Origin: Methanobrevibacter sp.
GTDB taxonomy: Archaea; Methanobacteriota; Methanobacteria; Methanobacteriales; Methanobacteriaceae
DNA: 64,000 bases
Assembly: GCF_017409525.1 (NCBI RefSeq)
Contig: NZ_JAFQSO010000007.1
Span: 26,826 to 90,825 of the forward strand
Direction of reading: 5' to 3'
Positions within the stretch are counted from its first letter, which is position 1. Each line of letters opens with the position of its first letter. The notes under the pieces were generated by a model. That model was not told the DNA's origin. It saw only the letters and a list, made by a program, of their open reading frames with translations, and did no database searches. The translations under genes and the position numbers were made by a program. Shown here piece after piece: positions 19,601 through 27,351 of this stretch.

Positions 19601-22600
19601 TATAAATACATTACAAGAATCTTTTGATGAATTATGCAATGTTCATGACATGCTTCGTACAAAATACAGCTATGATGAAAATGGAAAAGTAATACAGGAA
19701 ATATTGCCCGTGAATACCCAAATCCGTGAAATAGGTGAACATAATATCACCGAGAATCTTGAAGAATCACTGAAAGCAATCTATATAAAATCATTCAAAT
19801 CACTTAGCATAAAGAATAAGTTAATTGAAATCAATTTAATCCATCACAATAACGAATCCTACCTCATGTTCATCATCCATCATTTAATCATAGACGGAGT
19901 AAGCTGGAACATTCTAATCACAGATCTAACCCACATCTACACCAATTTAAAACAAGGAAAAGAAATTGAACTTTTAAGGCCGTATCCTTATAAAAATTGG
20001 GTGGAAGATGTTAGATATTTGGCTGAAAATATCAGTTATGAAGAAAAACAGCACTGGACAAAATTAAACCGACAAATTGATGATTCTACTATCAAAGGAG
20101 ATAATAAACCATTTGCGTTAGATTTTGATGTGAATTATGATGCGGATAATCTTTTGATGTTGTCTGAAGAGGAATATTGGGCCTTAGCAATCGCAAGAGC
20201 ATATAAAAAGACATATGGAAAAGAGTTAATATTAAACCGTGAGAGCCATGGCCGTGATGAGAGTATTGCAAAACTTAACAGAACAATAGGATGGTTCACA
20301 AGCCAATACCCAATACTAATCAACACAAACAACAAAAATGACAACATTTCCATAATGAACGATGTCTACAACATCAAAACAGCACTCAGAGACGTTAAAA
20401 ATTTAGGTTTGAATTATTCCTCCTTAATCTACACAACAAAAGAATTAGAATTCAAGCACTGCCCAGTAACCTTCAATTTCCTAAGCAGCGAATTTGCATT
20501 CGAAAACGAACTATTTGAATCATACATTCCAAAATCGGCTTCTAATGAGGAAATAAACATTAAACAAGACCCTACCTCTTATGGTATCACATTCAATATT
20601 GCTCGCAATGCTGATTCGTATATGGTTAGTGGGGATTATGCAGATAATACTTACATAGGCAATGATTTCAATGTTTTCATTAAAAATATCGAATCTGAAT
20701 TGAAATTCCTTGGCAATTATACATTCAAGGACAATAACATTGTTTGTTGTTTGTCTGAGTCTCAATTGGGCATTTATCTGGATGAAAAAGTGCATGAAAA
20801 AGATACTGCATATTCAGCACATGGAATTTTCGAATATGATGCCAAATATACGACTGAGAACATTAAAGATGCCATTCATGCTTTAATTAATAGGCATCCC
20901 ATCTTAAAAGGCCGAATTTTAGACACTGAAAACCTGCCTCTTTTAATTTGTGACAGCTATCCAACAATTGAAATAATCAATACGACAGATTATTCAAATC
21001 TAATCAAAGCATTCGATTTAGATAAATTCTTAGCGCGTTTTTACATCTTAGATAATGAGCAAAAGAAATTTGTATTTTATGATATGCACCATATCATTAG
21101 TGATGCAACCAGCTGTACAATCATTAATAAAGAATTACGGCAAGCTTTATTGGGCAAATTAGATGATAATGTGGATTTGGGCTTTGCTTATGCCAGCCGA
21201 AATTCATTTGAATCCCACTACAATCATAAATATGAATCCTCTCAGAAATTCTTCCATGATGAATTTGCCGACATTGATGAAATCCAACATCTTTTAAGTG
21301 ACCTTGATGGAGATAAAGGTAGTGTTAGTCTTCCTATTAGGGGCGTTCGTGATGATATTGAAACATTTACGGAAAATATTGGCATTAGTGTTGGCAGTTT
21401 ATTGAATGCTGCATTTGCATATACATATTCACGTTTCATAGGTGGCAACAAGGTTTACTATAACTTTACTGAACATGGCCGGCATGAAGATTACTCACAA
21501 AATGCAATTGGAATGTTTGTGCGAACAATACCAATCATTGCAAATTGTGAAAATAAATCGATTAATGATTACTTGACCAATATGTCTGATTTAATCTTAA
21601 ACTCAATGACAAACAGCATATATCCATTTAGATTGCTTGCAAAAGAATACAATTTAAGTATCGATGTTGCATTTGAGTATAATCATGATTTGAATGATTT
21701 CGATATTGGCAATGATTTGGTGGCAAGTGATGATGCTGACGGCATTAGCGATTTCTTATGTGTCGTCAATGACCTGGAAGACGGATTTGTCGTGACTGTA
21801 AGCCATTTAGATAAATTCAGCCAACATACAGCAAAACAATTCGTTAAAGCATTCAAAGAGGTGTTGGTCCAATTTTTAGAAAAAGAAAAACTAGAGGACA
21901 TCAGTTATATCTCCAATGAAGACATTGAACTTTTAGACAGTTATAATAAAACACAATGTCCTTTAAAGTATTGTGATATTTTGGATGCATTCAATGACAA
22001 TCTTGCCAGATACCCAAAAAACAGCCTGGTAACCTATAAAAATAATAGTTATACATATGATGAAAGTGCATTCATCGCCAATAAAATAGCAAACGATTTG
22101 AAGAAGATGGGCATTAATAAAAATGACAATGTTGCATTTTTAGTTGAGAGATCAGAATTATACCTGTTCACCATTTTAGGAATTCTATCCACCGGAGCAA
22201 CATACGTTCCTTTGGATGATGCCCTTCCGGATGAACGCATAAAGTTCATGATGGATGATGCTGATGCTGAAGTTGTTATTGTCTGTGATGATACTTACAA
22301 TCGTGCTAAAAATCTATCAGAGGAAAACAGACTTCTAAATATTTCAAACATTATCAAAGAAAATATTGGAACTTCTTCTAAGTTGGATGTTACTTATAGC
22401 GATTTGGCCTGTATCTTATACACCAGCGGCACTACAGGCATTCCTAAAGGAGTTAGAATAACACGCAAAGCTATTTTAAATCTTTCACAAACATACTGTG
22501 ACACATATGATTTTGGTCGGAATGATGTTTATGCTTTATATTCAAATATCGGATTTGACGCCGGATCTCAAGCAATCCTTCAAACAACATATGCCGGAGC

Positions 22601-25115
22601 TTCTTTAACTGTAATTCCTGAGGATATTAAATTTAATATTACTAAGTTGAATGAACATTTCATTAAACAGAATGTTACCCATACTTTTATTTCCACACAG
22701 GTCGCTAAACTGTTCATGGAGCAAATTGACAATACCTCATTAAGGATTTTATCAGTAGGCGGTGAGAAGTTAGGTAAATTCGAAAGTCCAAAAGATTATC
22801 GTTTAATTGATGCATACGGTCCAACCGAAACATTTGCATTCATATCTTCTATCGACAATGACGATAAAAAGGATGGGTCTTCAGCAGGCATGCTAAACGA
22901 AAATACTCGCGCGTATATTTTGGATGATAATTTCAGACGTGTTCCTGTCGGTGCTGTTGGTGAATTATGCTTAGCAGGTTACCAAATTGCCGACGGATAC
23001 CTAAACCGCCCAGAAGAAAACGCCAAAGCATTCATCAACAATCCATTTGATGATAAAGAAGGCTACAGCATATTGTATCGCACGGGAGATATGGTTCGGT
23101 TATTGCCTGATGGGTCATTGGGCATTGTTGGCCGTCGTGACAGCCAAGTTAAAATCAGAGGAAACCGTGTGGAACTGACAGAGGTTGAATCTGCAATAAG
23201 AGACATGGATTATATTAAAGATGTTACAGTCCAAATCACTTCAAATAATGGAAATAATGAATTAATTGCCTATATTGTACTGTCTGACGGTTTTTACGGA
23301 GATGACATTGATAATTCTGTTCGCGAATTCGTATCCAAATGCAAACCGAATTATATGGTTCCGTCATATGTAATAACATTGTATGAAATTCCTTTAAATG
23401 TAAACGGCAAAGTTGATAAGCGTGCTTTGCCCGATGTTGACATAGATAGTTTACGTGATAAATATGTCGCACCAAGAAACAAAAATGAAAAAGAAATTGT
23501 CGAAGCCTTTAAAAAAGCATTAAATTTAGAAAAAGTCAGTATATATGATGATTTCATTCGTTTAGGTGGAGATTCATTGACTGCAACTAAGTTATCATCC
23601 TATGTTAAGTCTGATGATGTCACTATGGCGGATATCTTCACTTTCCGCACTCCCGAGGCAATTGCAAAGAATATCTCTGAATACTCATTTGATTTGGATA
23701 TTTATTCTTTAGAAGATGGTTGTCCTTTGAATTCTGCGCAAAGTGATGTAATTGCAGATATAATAGGTTATAATAAATCGGATGCTTATCATGTAATAAG
23801 TTATATTCCTATCTCTAAGAAATATGATCTTGAAAAAATACTTAGTTCATTAGATGAGATGTTAAATATGCATCCGGTTTTAAGCATGCGCTTGAGTGAG
23901 CGGCATGATGAAAGTGATACTGATGTATCTAATCGAGATGCGCTTAATGATTTAATGAGAACTGCTAAAAAATTCGGAACCAAAAAATTCCTGAACATTA
24001 TCAACGGATATGGAATAAAAGATATTTGCGGTCTTTACAATATGCTTAGAACCCTTATAAGGTTGTTTAAAGGAGAGTATCCGTATTTAGTGAAAGGAAA
24101 TAAACCCCCAATTTCAGTGGAATCCAAATTTGATAGGGATGTTTTAATTGATTTCCTTTCTGAAAGTTTCGATATCTATGATTGTTTATCTAAGTTCATG
24201 ATTATTGAATCTGAGGATTCCTATTATTTATTTTGTGTGGTTCATCATCTCATTTTTGATGCAGTTTCAGCAGGAGTATTCAAAAGTGATTTCATGACGC
24301 TTCTTGACGGAGGAAGCATCGATTTTGATGACGGATTTTTAAAGGCATCTGCTTTTACTCATCAAATGAAAAGAACCGGAAAATTCAATGAAGCAAGGGA
24401 ATTTTATCACAATATTCTGTCAAATCTTGATGATGTAGACTTTTTACTGGAAGATAATCCTTCAGCTGAAGGTTATAATATGTCAACATATGATTTGGAT
24501 TTTGATAAAAAGGCATTCAAATCCTTTTTAAATAATGCTGGAATTAGTGAATACGTATTATTTATCGCTGTATTTTCTTATGCATTGTCCCAATTTGTAA
24601 ATGGTGATAAAGCCCAATTTATAATGAATGAAAATGGACGTGACAGATTCAACGAGAAATTCATATCCATGACCTCCAACCTGGTGCCGGTAGTTATAGA
24701 CTGCAAAGATCAAAGCATCAATTCATTTATTAGAGATGCCGCAGATACTGTTTACAAATCATTGAGATATAGCTATTATCCAACTTTCCTGCTTTATCCG
24801 AAATACGACTTTGAAAGAGATATAGCATTCCAATTTGTACCCAACTGGATTGCAGACGATTTTGATAGTTTTGAGAATATTGATGATATGGGTGCAGGAG
24901 AAATTATTAATCAAGTCCTTAATGATTTCAATGATTTTGTAACGGAATTATTTGTTCAAGTTCACCAAAACGGTGATGATTACAGGTTAATTATCTCACA
25001 TTCAAACAAATATTCCCAAAAGATGATTAATGACTTCAAAGACACTTACACATCAATTTTATCAAATATTATTAATGCATCCATGTCCTCTGATTTAAGC
25101 AGCACTTTGAAATAG
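13647..25115 (+). CDS. Three-module non-ribosomal peptide synthetase: C*-A-T-C-A-T-E-C-A-T-C, no TE
   Basis: Three A domains (FTSGTTGLPKG, YTSGTTGVPKG, YTSGTTGIPKG; YRTGD; NGK). Three carrier serines (GGNS 16338, GGDS 19356, GGDS 23574). C motifs HHLIFDG 16851, HHIISDA 21087, HHLIFDA 24243. E domain HHLIIDGVSW 19878 with ESHGRD and RTIGWFT. Confidence 0.96.
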   Translation: MNYYQDVKFILNVDVNENSIENAFNKAKNILNWRIDENSNAILIDEEVDYQIKDVSNLKETSVEEIIDSFFDFTFDDIIDVPLYRFLVLKNNENFTILANINSLIFDYSSINDFYELFDNSEKSPPKFNLDSYYKDVQVYLKSSDFENESRYWKNYVLNSSKHIKFYNIKHDHYKSQKINPDMNSVSRFIKNHDCTLFDFYGSIFSLYLSRIDRLDGCLLKTIVPRKTDLQIFDKNTLFKVDVNDHDSFDDLLDEFESALKNAVDNTKVDVDNYLGENVSYYTIYDFYDLNENISVYNGEDSALTLNIYENSLELLYNSDLFSDEYIGRMAKNIESLIDNVLNSPNAATSDIDILSEDEKKLLLDFYKGIEDDIDKEFILSKYFRHIAISNPDIIAVDDGVDRISYGELEKSSNSIANDLFENYNISLGSHVALLLPRNYHFLELVLALNKIGATFVPIDLTYPIKRIEHMLEISESVCIVTTEDIANKSDFNLNVVCIEDLNYDDDADVDIISRSEDLFSIMFTSGTTGLPKGVMVSNYQMGSLSIAFKHLFSFSCGETAGCYVSFSFIASYMAYVVLALGGCVRIFNENEQKNSLLIIEALKETPMNNLILPPTIGVPIYDNEDLKLDYLILAGAKLNELSKRDRHTKLVNFYGTTELILTISKIYNLNDVKDNRVPVGKPVANTWVYVLDENSNIMPIGVPGELCVSGEIVSSGYYNNPELTNQFFVDNPIADSESNGIMYRTGDIGFYNPEGEIEIIGREDDQLSVRGFRVESNEILIIMKKFKEISDVYLDVDNDNLIAYYTTNAELDINEVKENLEDNLPSYMIPSLFIELDEIPLNLNGKIDKSSLKTALDNDNIEITDEVISHVVNAFKEVLNIDSVFIDDDFVGRGGNSLSAMKLQLLLKEKLGVNLSSNEIISLSTPKDISNHIKYNMNIHSALYEDKYLFDEPCPLSESQLNVYLDESVNDMGTAYNNPFKIKLKDNYSVSELKNALIKLFEVFPILKARVFSDDGILSFAFDAEPEINEGHLNDINSFVKSFEFDKYLSRFLIVENKQSVILCADFHHLIFDGTSLNILLDVLFSILNGEDVDFVDYGVLKQVLFEENIDSNYMDNAHEFFDEMLADNDEVYDLLPSLKSSEDEFELVDTIELDAEYLNSFLQKHSITHNQFFASVFAYALSRFSGSNKVLFNIIDDGRGNIDLSESVGMFVKTLPVLLDCTNQNVDSFLDYSSTLINSVMKYDLYPFRLLASEYDLNSNILFQYSHDLFNDMLNKEDSKYGIEELEHDLNADLSLSIFNAGEDRLMIRTLYSSLYSKDFIEHFVESYKLILQDIIEVEELKDINYTAGVDFELLDSYNQTGHSLIYEDILDAFNDNLAKYPKNNLVSYNDNVYSYDEGAFIADKIADSLRSFGVGKGENVAFLVERSELYIFSILGILSAGAVYVPLDDSLPDERLSFMLRDTNSKVVIVSDETSERAFNLGGNCITLNISEIVNDEIGILSCLPVVYSDLACILYTSGTTGVPKGVKITRKSVINLSNYFAEDYPFDNLDVCGLYPSIGFDAASQSIFKTIYAGASLVIIPDDIKLDMIRMNDYFLKYNVTYSAIPTQVAKLFMQTVEDTSLKSLSIGGEKLGEFENPLNHMLIDEFGPTEAFAFISSIDNSKKIDSSSVGFLNYNTKTYILDNEFRQVPIGAVGELYLAGYQIADGYLNREEENIKSFIENPFDDSVDYGVLYRTGDMVRLLPDGSLGLVGRRDSQVKISGNRVELSEIESVIREIDYITDVTVQTIKHMDNYELVAYVVASDESDDETLKEHVRDYVAQFKPGYMIPSFVVRLDSIPLNINGKIDYRHLPEVDLDSLRVEYVAPNNEIEKQIANAFEIVFNQKDIGLNDDFVRLGGDSITAIRVVSLLEKNDINCGAGDILNYKTPYLIAQNVGSIEKVAYDAVEGIMDLLPIQEYFFDQINEDEFSQHFILKSSEKIDINTLQESFDELCNVHDMLRTKYSYDENGKVIQEILPVNTQIREIGEHNITENLEESLKAIYIKSFKSLSIKNKLIEINLIHHNNESYLMFIIHHLIIDGVSWNILITDLTHIYTNLKQGKEIELLRPYPYKNWVEDVRYLAENISYEEKQHWTKLNRQIDDSTIKGDNKPFALDFDVNYDADNLLMLSEEEYWALAIARAYKKTYGKELILNRESHGRDESIAKLNRTIGWFTSQYPILINTNNKNDNISIMNDVYNIKTALRDVKNLGLNYSSLIYTTKELEFKHCPVTFNFLSSEFAFENELFESYIPKSASNEEINIKQDPTSYGITFNIARNADSYMVSGDYADNTYIGNDFNVFIKNIESELKFLGNYTFKDNNIVCCLSESQLGIYLDEKVHEKDTAYSAHGIFEYDAKYTTENIKDAIHALINRHPILKGRILDTENLPLLICDSYPTIEIINTTDYSNLIKAFDLDKFLARFYILDNEQKKFVFYDMHHIISDATSCTIINKELRQALLGKLDDNVDLGFAYASRNSFESHYNHKYESSQKFFHDEFADIDEIQHLLSDLDGDKGSVSLPIRGVRDDIETFTENIGISVGSLLNAAFAYTYSRFIGGNKVYYNFTEHGRHEDYSQNAIGMFVRTIPIIANCENKSINDYLTNMSDLILNSMTNSIYPFRLLAKEYNLSIDVAFEYNHDLNDFDIGNDLVASDDADGISDFLCVVNDLEDGFVVTVSHLDKFSQHTAKQFVKAFKEVLVQFLEKEKLEDISYISNEDIELLDSYNKTQCPLKYCDILDAFNDNLARYPKNSLVTYKNNSYTYDESAFIANKIANDLKKMGINKNDNVAFLVERSELYLFTILGILSTGATYVPLDDALPDERIKFMMDDADAEVVIVCDDTYNRAKNLSEENRLLNISNIIKENIGTSSKLDVTYSDLACILYTSGTTGIPKGVRITRKAILNLSQTYCDTYDFGRNDVYALYSNIGFDAGSQAILQTTYAGASLTVIPEDIKFNITKLNEHFIKQNVTHTFISTQVAKLFMEQIDNTSLRILSVGGEKLGKFESPKDYRLIDAYGPTETFAFISSIDNDDKKDGSSAGMLNENTRAYILDDNFRRVPVGAVGELCLAGYQIADGYLNRPEENAKAFINNPFDDKEGYSILYRTGDMVRLLPDGSLGIVGRRDSQVKIRGNRVELTEVESAIRDMDYIKDVTVQITSNNGNNELIAYIVLSDGFYGDDIDNSVREFVSKCKPNYMVPSYVITLYEIPLNVNGKVDKRALPDVDIDSLRDKYVAPRNKNEKEIVEAFKKALNLEKVSIYDDFIRLGGDSLTATKLSSYVKSDDVTMADIFTFRTPEAIAKNISEYSFDLDIYSLEDGCPLNSAQSDVIADIIGYNKSDAYHVISYIPISKKYDLEKILSSLDEMLNMHPVLSMRLSERHDESDTDVSNRDALNDLMRTAKKFGTKKFLNIINGYGIKDICGLYNMLRTLIRLFKGEYPYLVKGNKPPISVESKFDRDVLIDFLSESFDIYDCLSKFMIIESEDSYYLFCVVHHLIFDAVSAGVFKSDFMTLLDGGSIDFDDGFLKASAFTHQMKRTGKFNEAREFYHNILSNLDDVDFLLEDNPSAEGYNMSTYDLDFDKKAFKSFLNNAGISEYVLFIAVFSYALSQFVNGDKAQFIMNENGRDRFNEKFISMTSNLVPVVIDCKDQSINSFIRDAADTVYKSLRYSYYPTFLLYPKYDFERDIAFQFVPNWIADDFDSFENIDDMGAGEIINQVLNDFNDFVTELFVQVHQNGDDYRLIISHSNKYSQKMINDFKDTYTSILSNIINASMSSDLSSTLK

Positions 25116-25628
25116 GATTATGATGTCTGAAATTTTTAGTTTTTCTGAAAGTTATTGAATGGCTGTTTTTAAGTTGAACCACCTCACCTATAGAGGTCAA
25201 AGATTCCAAGATTTAATGATAATTAAGTATTTTCCGGGCAATTTTCGGTAAATTCCAACCTATTGAAATCAATGAACTCTAAACAGTATGAGAAGTCAGA
25301 ATAAATGTTAAAATGTAGTGGTGGTTGAAATAAAACACACATCGGGTAATTTTTATATTTGAAAAAAATAATAATTTATTAAGCATAATCTCAAGGATAT
25401 GATTTTGAAAAGTTTTTTCATTTATTTTTAGGATTTTGAATTTTGGAGACAATCATGCCATTGAATATAATTAAAGACAGGGAAGTATACAGCATATATG
25501 AATTAGCTTTCTAAACTATTTTTTATTTGAATTATCGTTTGTTTAAGGATATTACATATAAATATTAATAAATAATAAGGCACTACGGCTATAATCTAGA
25601 GAACTATAAAGTAGTGATAAATAGCATA

Positions 25629-25714
25629 TTATTGTTTAAATAAATATCCGAAAATTAGAAAAATTCTTAATAAAAAAAAGTCAAATTTAATGTCTTATTA
25701 CAGAGAAAAAAATC
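25629..25714. repeat. Direct repeat copy 2 (right of NRPS, downstream of cbiD)
   Basis: Matches 13234..13317: 40 identical bp, then a few substitutions and indels. Confidence 0.9.
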
Positions 25715-25848
25715 CCTACAATATTCGCTGTAGACATTAAAAATCAATAGATGTACATCTTCAAAGAGGTTTACTTTAAAAATAACTCTCTCGTATAATC
25801 TTATTTTAAAATTTTATATAAACTTAACTATTTTTAAAAAGAAGGTAA

Positions 25849-26928
25849 TTAAACAGTGCCCATATTGTCGTTCAAATAATTCCCTTCCATATCCACTAAA
25901 ATCACATTCAAATCCAAGTCAAATCGTTGCATGCATCGCTCATGAATTGCAGATGCGATGCTGTTTGAAACTTCTAATGAAAGGCCGACTTCATTTAAGA
26001 TGTCCATCATGTCATCAGTTGTTTTGGAATCGTATAATTTTTGCAGATTTTCCCGGTCAACACCACAGAGAGCTGCATGAGTAACCATTATCTCGCGCCT
26101 GCCGTCTGCAACAGCATGCTTTGTGTCAAATATTCCTCCGGCAACTTTTATTAGTTTGCCCATGTGGCCAAAGTAAGTGAATTTAGTGATTCCCCTATTT
26201 TCAGCTTCTTCAAACATGAACCCGACATAATTACCAGTTTGAATGATTTGTTCCTTTGCAACATCCAATTTTTTAAGGGCTAATTTTTCGCCAATGTTTC
26301 CTGGAACGAAAACCAAATCCTCGATTTCAGAAGCGATGGCAACATCAATCTGCTTAACAATTGAATTTTTATATGCTTCACTGGACATTGACCTTGCAAT
26401 TCCAGTTGTTCCCAAAACGGATATCCCATCGACAATGCCCAATTTAGGATTCATTGTTTTTCGGGCAATATTCTTACCTTCAGGAATTGAGATTACAACT
26501 TTGGCTATTTTGCCATCAGGAATTTTATCTTCCAAGTTCTTAACAATCATGCTGCGAGGAACTGGATTGATTGCATAATCCCCAATGGGAATCTGAAGGC
26601 CGGGTTTTGTAACCTTGCCGACACCTTCTCCTCCAGTAATGACAACATTAGATTCTTCTGCGGTTTTATCCAATAATTCCACAGTGGCAATAATGTCCAA
26701 ATTAACAGTTACATCAGGATCATTATATGGATTTTTATGAGCTACGGCTTGCGCCTTAAAAGAAGACAATAATTTACACTCATCAATAATAATATCTAAT
26801 GTTTTTTTGGGAGTTTCAACTTTAACGCATGCAATATCCGGCGATTCAATGATTGCATCCAAAGCGGCAAGGGAACATGCTGTTGCAACCGTGCCTGTTG
26901 TAACCCCAATATAGTTGTCATTAGTCAT
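25849..26928 (-). CDS. cbiD: Cobalt-precorrin-5B C1-methyltransferase
   Basis: GVTTGT, DPDVT, GISVLGTTGI and GHMGKLIKVAGG motifs. Confidence 0.95.
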   Translation of the reverse strand: MTNDNYIGVTTGTVATACSLAALDAIIESPDIACVKVETPKKTLDIIIDECKLLSSFKAQAVAHKNPYNDPDVTVNLDIIATVELLDKTAEESNVVITGGEGVGKVTKPGLQIPIGDYAINPVPRSMIVKNLEDKIPDGKIAKVVISIPEGKNIARKTMNPKLGIVDGISVLGTTGIARSMSSEAYKNSIVKQIDVAIASEIEDLVFVPGNIGEKLALKKLDVAKEQIIQTGNYVGFMFEEAENRGITKFTYFGHMGKLIKVAGGIFDTKHAVADGRREIMVTHAALCGVDRENLQKLYDSKTTDDMMDILNEVGLSLEVSNSIASAIHERCMQRFDLDLNVILVDMEGNYLNDNMGTV

Positions 26929-26959
26929 TTTAACAAAAAAGAATGAAAAAAAGTTTAAT

Positions 26960-27223
26960 TTAGATTAAAGATTTGAGCCTGTCAAGAAGTTCTCCTTCAG
27001 CAGGTGCCCCCAAGAATTCCAATTCGCCATTAATCATAATAGTGGGAACAGCCATTATTTGATAATCGATTGCTCTTTGTCTATTTTCTGCACTTTCATC
27101 GATTTTTATTATTTCTACATCGATTGCATCGCCTAATTCATTTTTTGCTGCTTGAGCAGCATCAATTGCTGCCGGACAATGCGGACAGGAGTTAGTTGAA
27201 AATACTTCTACTTTAATTGCCAT
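26960..27223 (-). CDS. Archaeal thioredoxin/glutaredoxin-like protein
   Basis: CPHC active site; MAVPT cis-Pro motif; 87 aa. Confidence 0.92.
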   Translation of the reverse strand: MAIKVEVFSTNSCPHCPAAIDAAQAAKNELGDAIDVEIIKIDESAENRQRAIDYQIMAVPTIMINGELEFLGAPAEGELLDRLKSLI

Positions 27224-27351
27224 TATATTAATCTCCTATAATTTGATTTAAAACTATTTTAATAATTTGTAATATATAACTGTTACCACCTTCAATAGTT
27301 TTCAAATGCTCTCTGCAAATATTTATTATATATTAAAAAAATAAAAATTAA

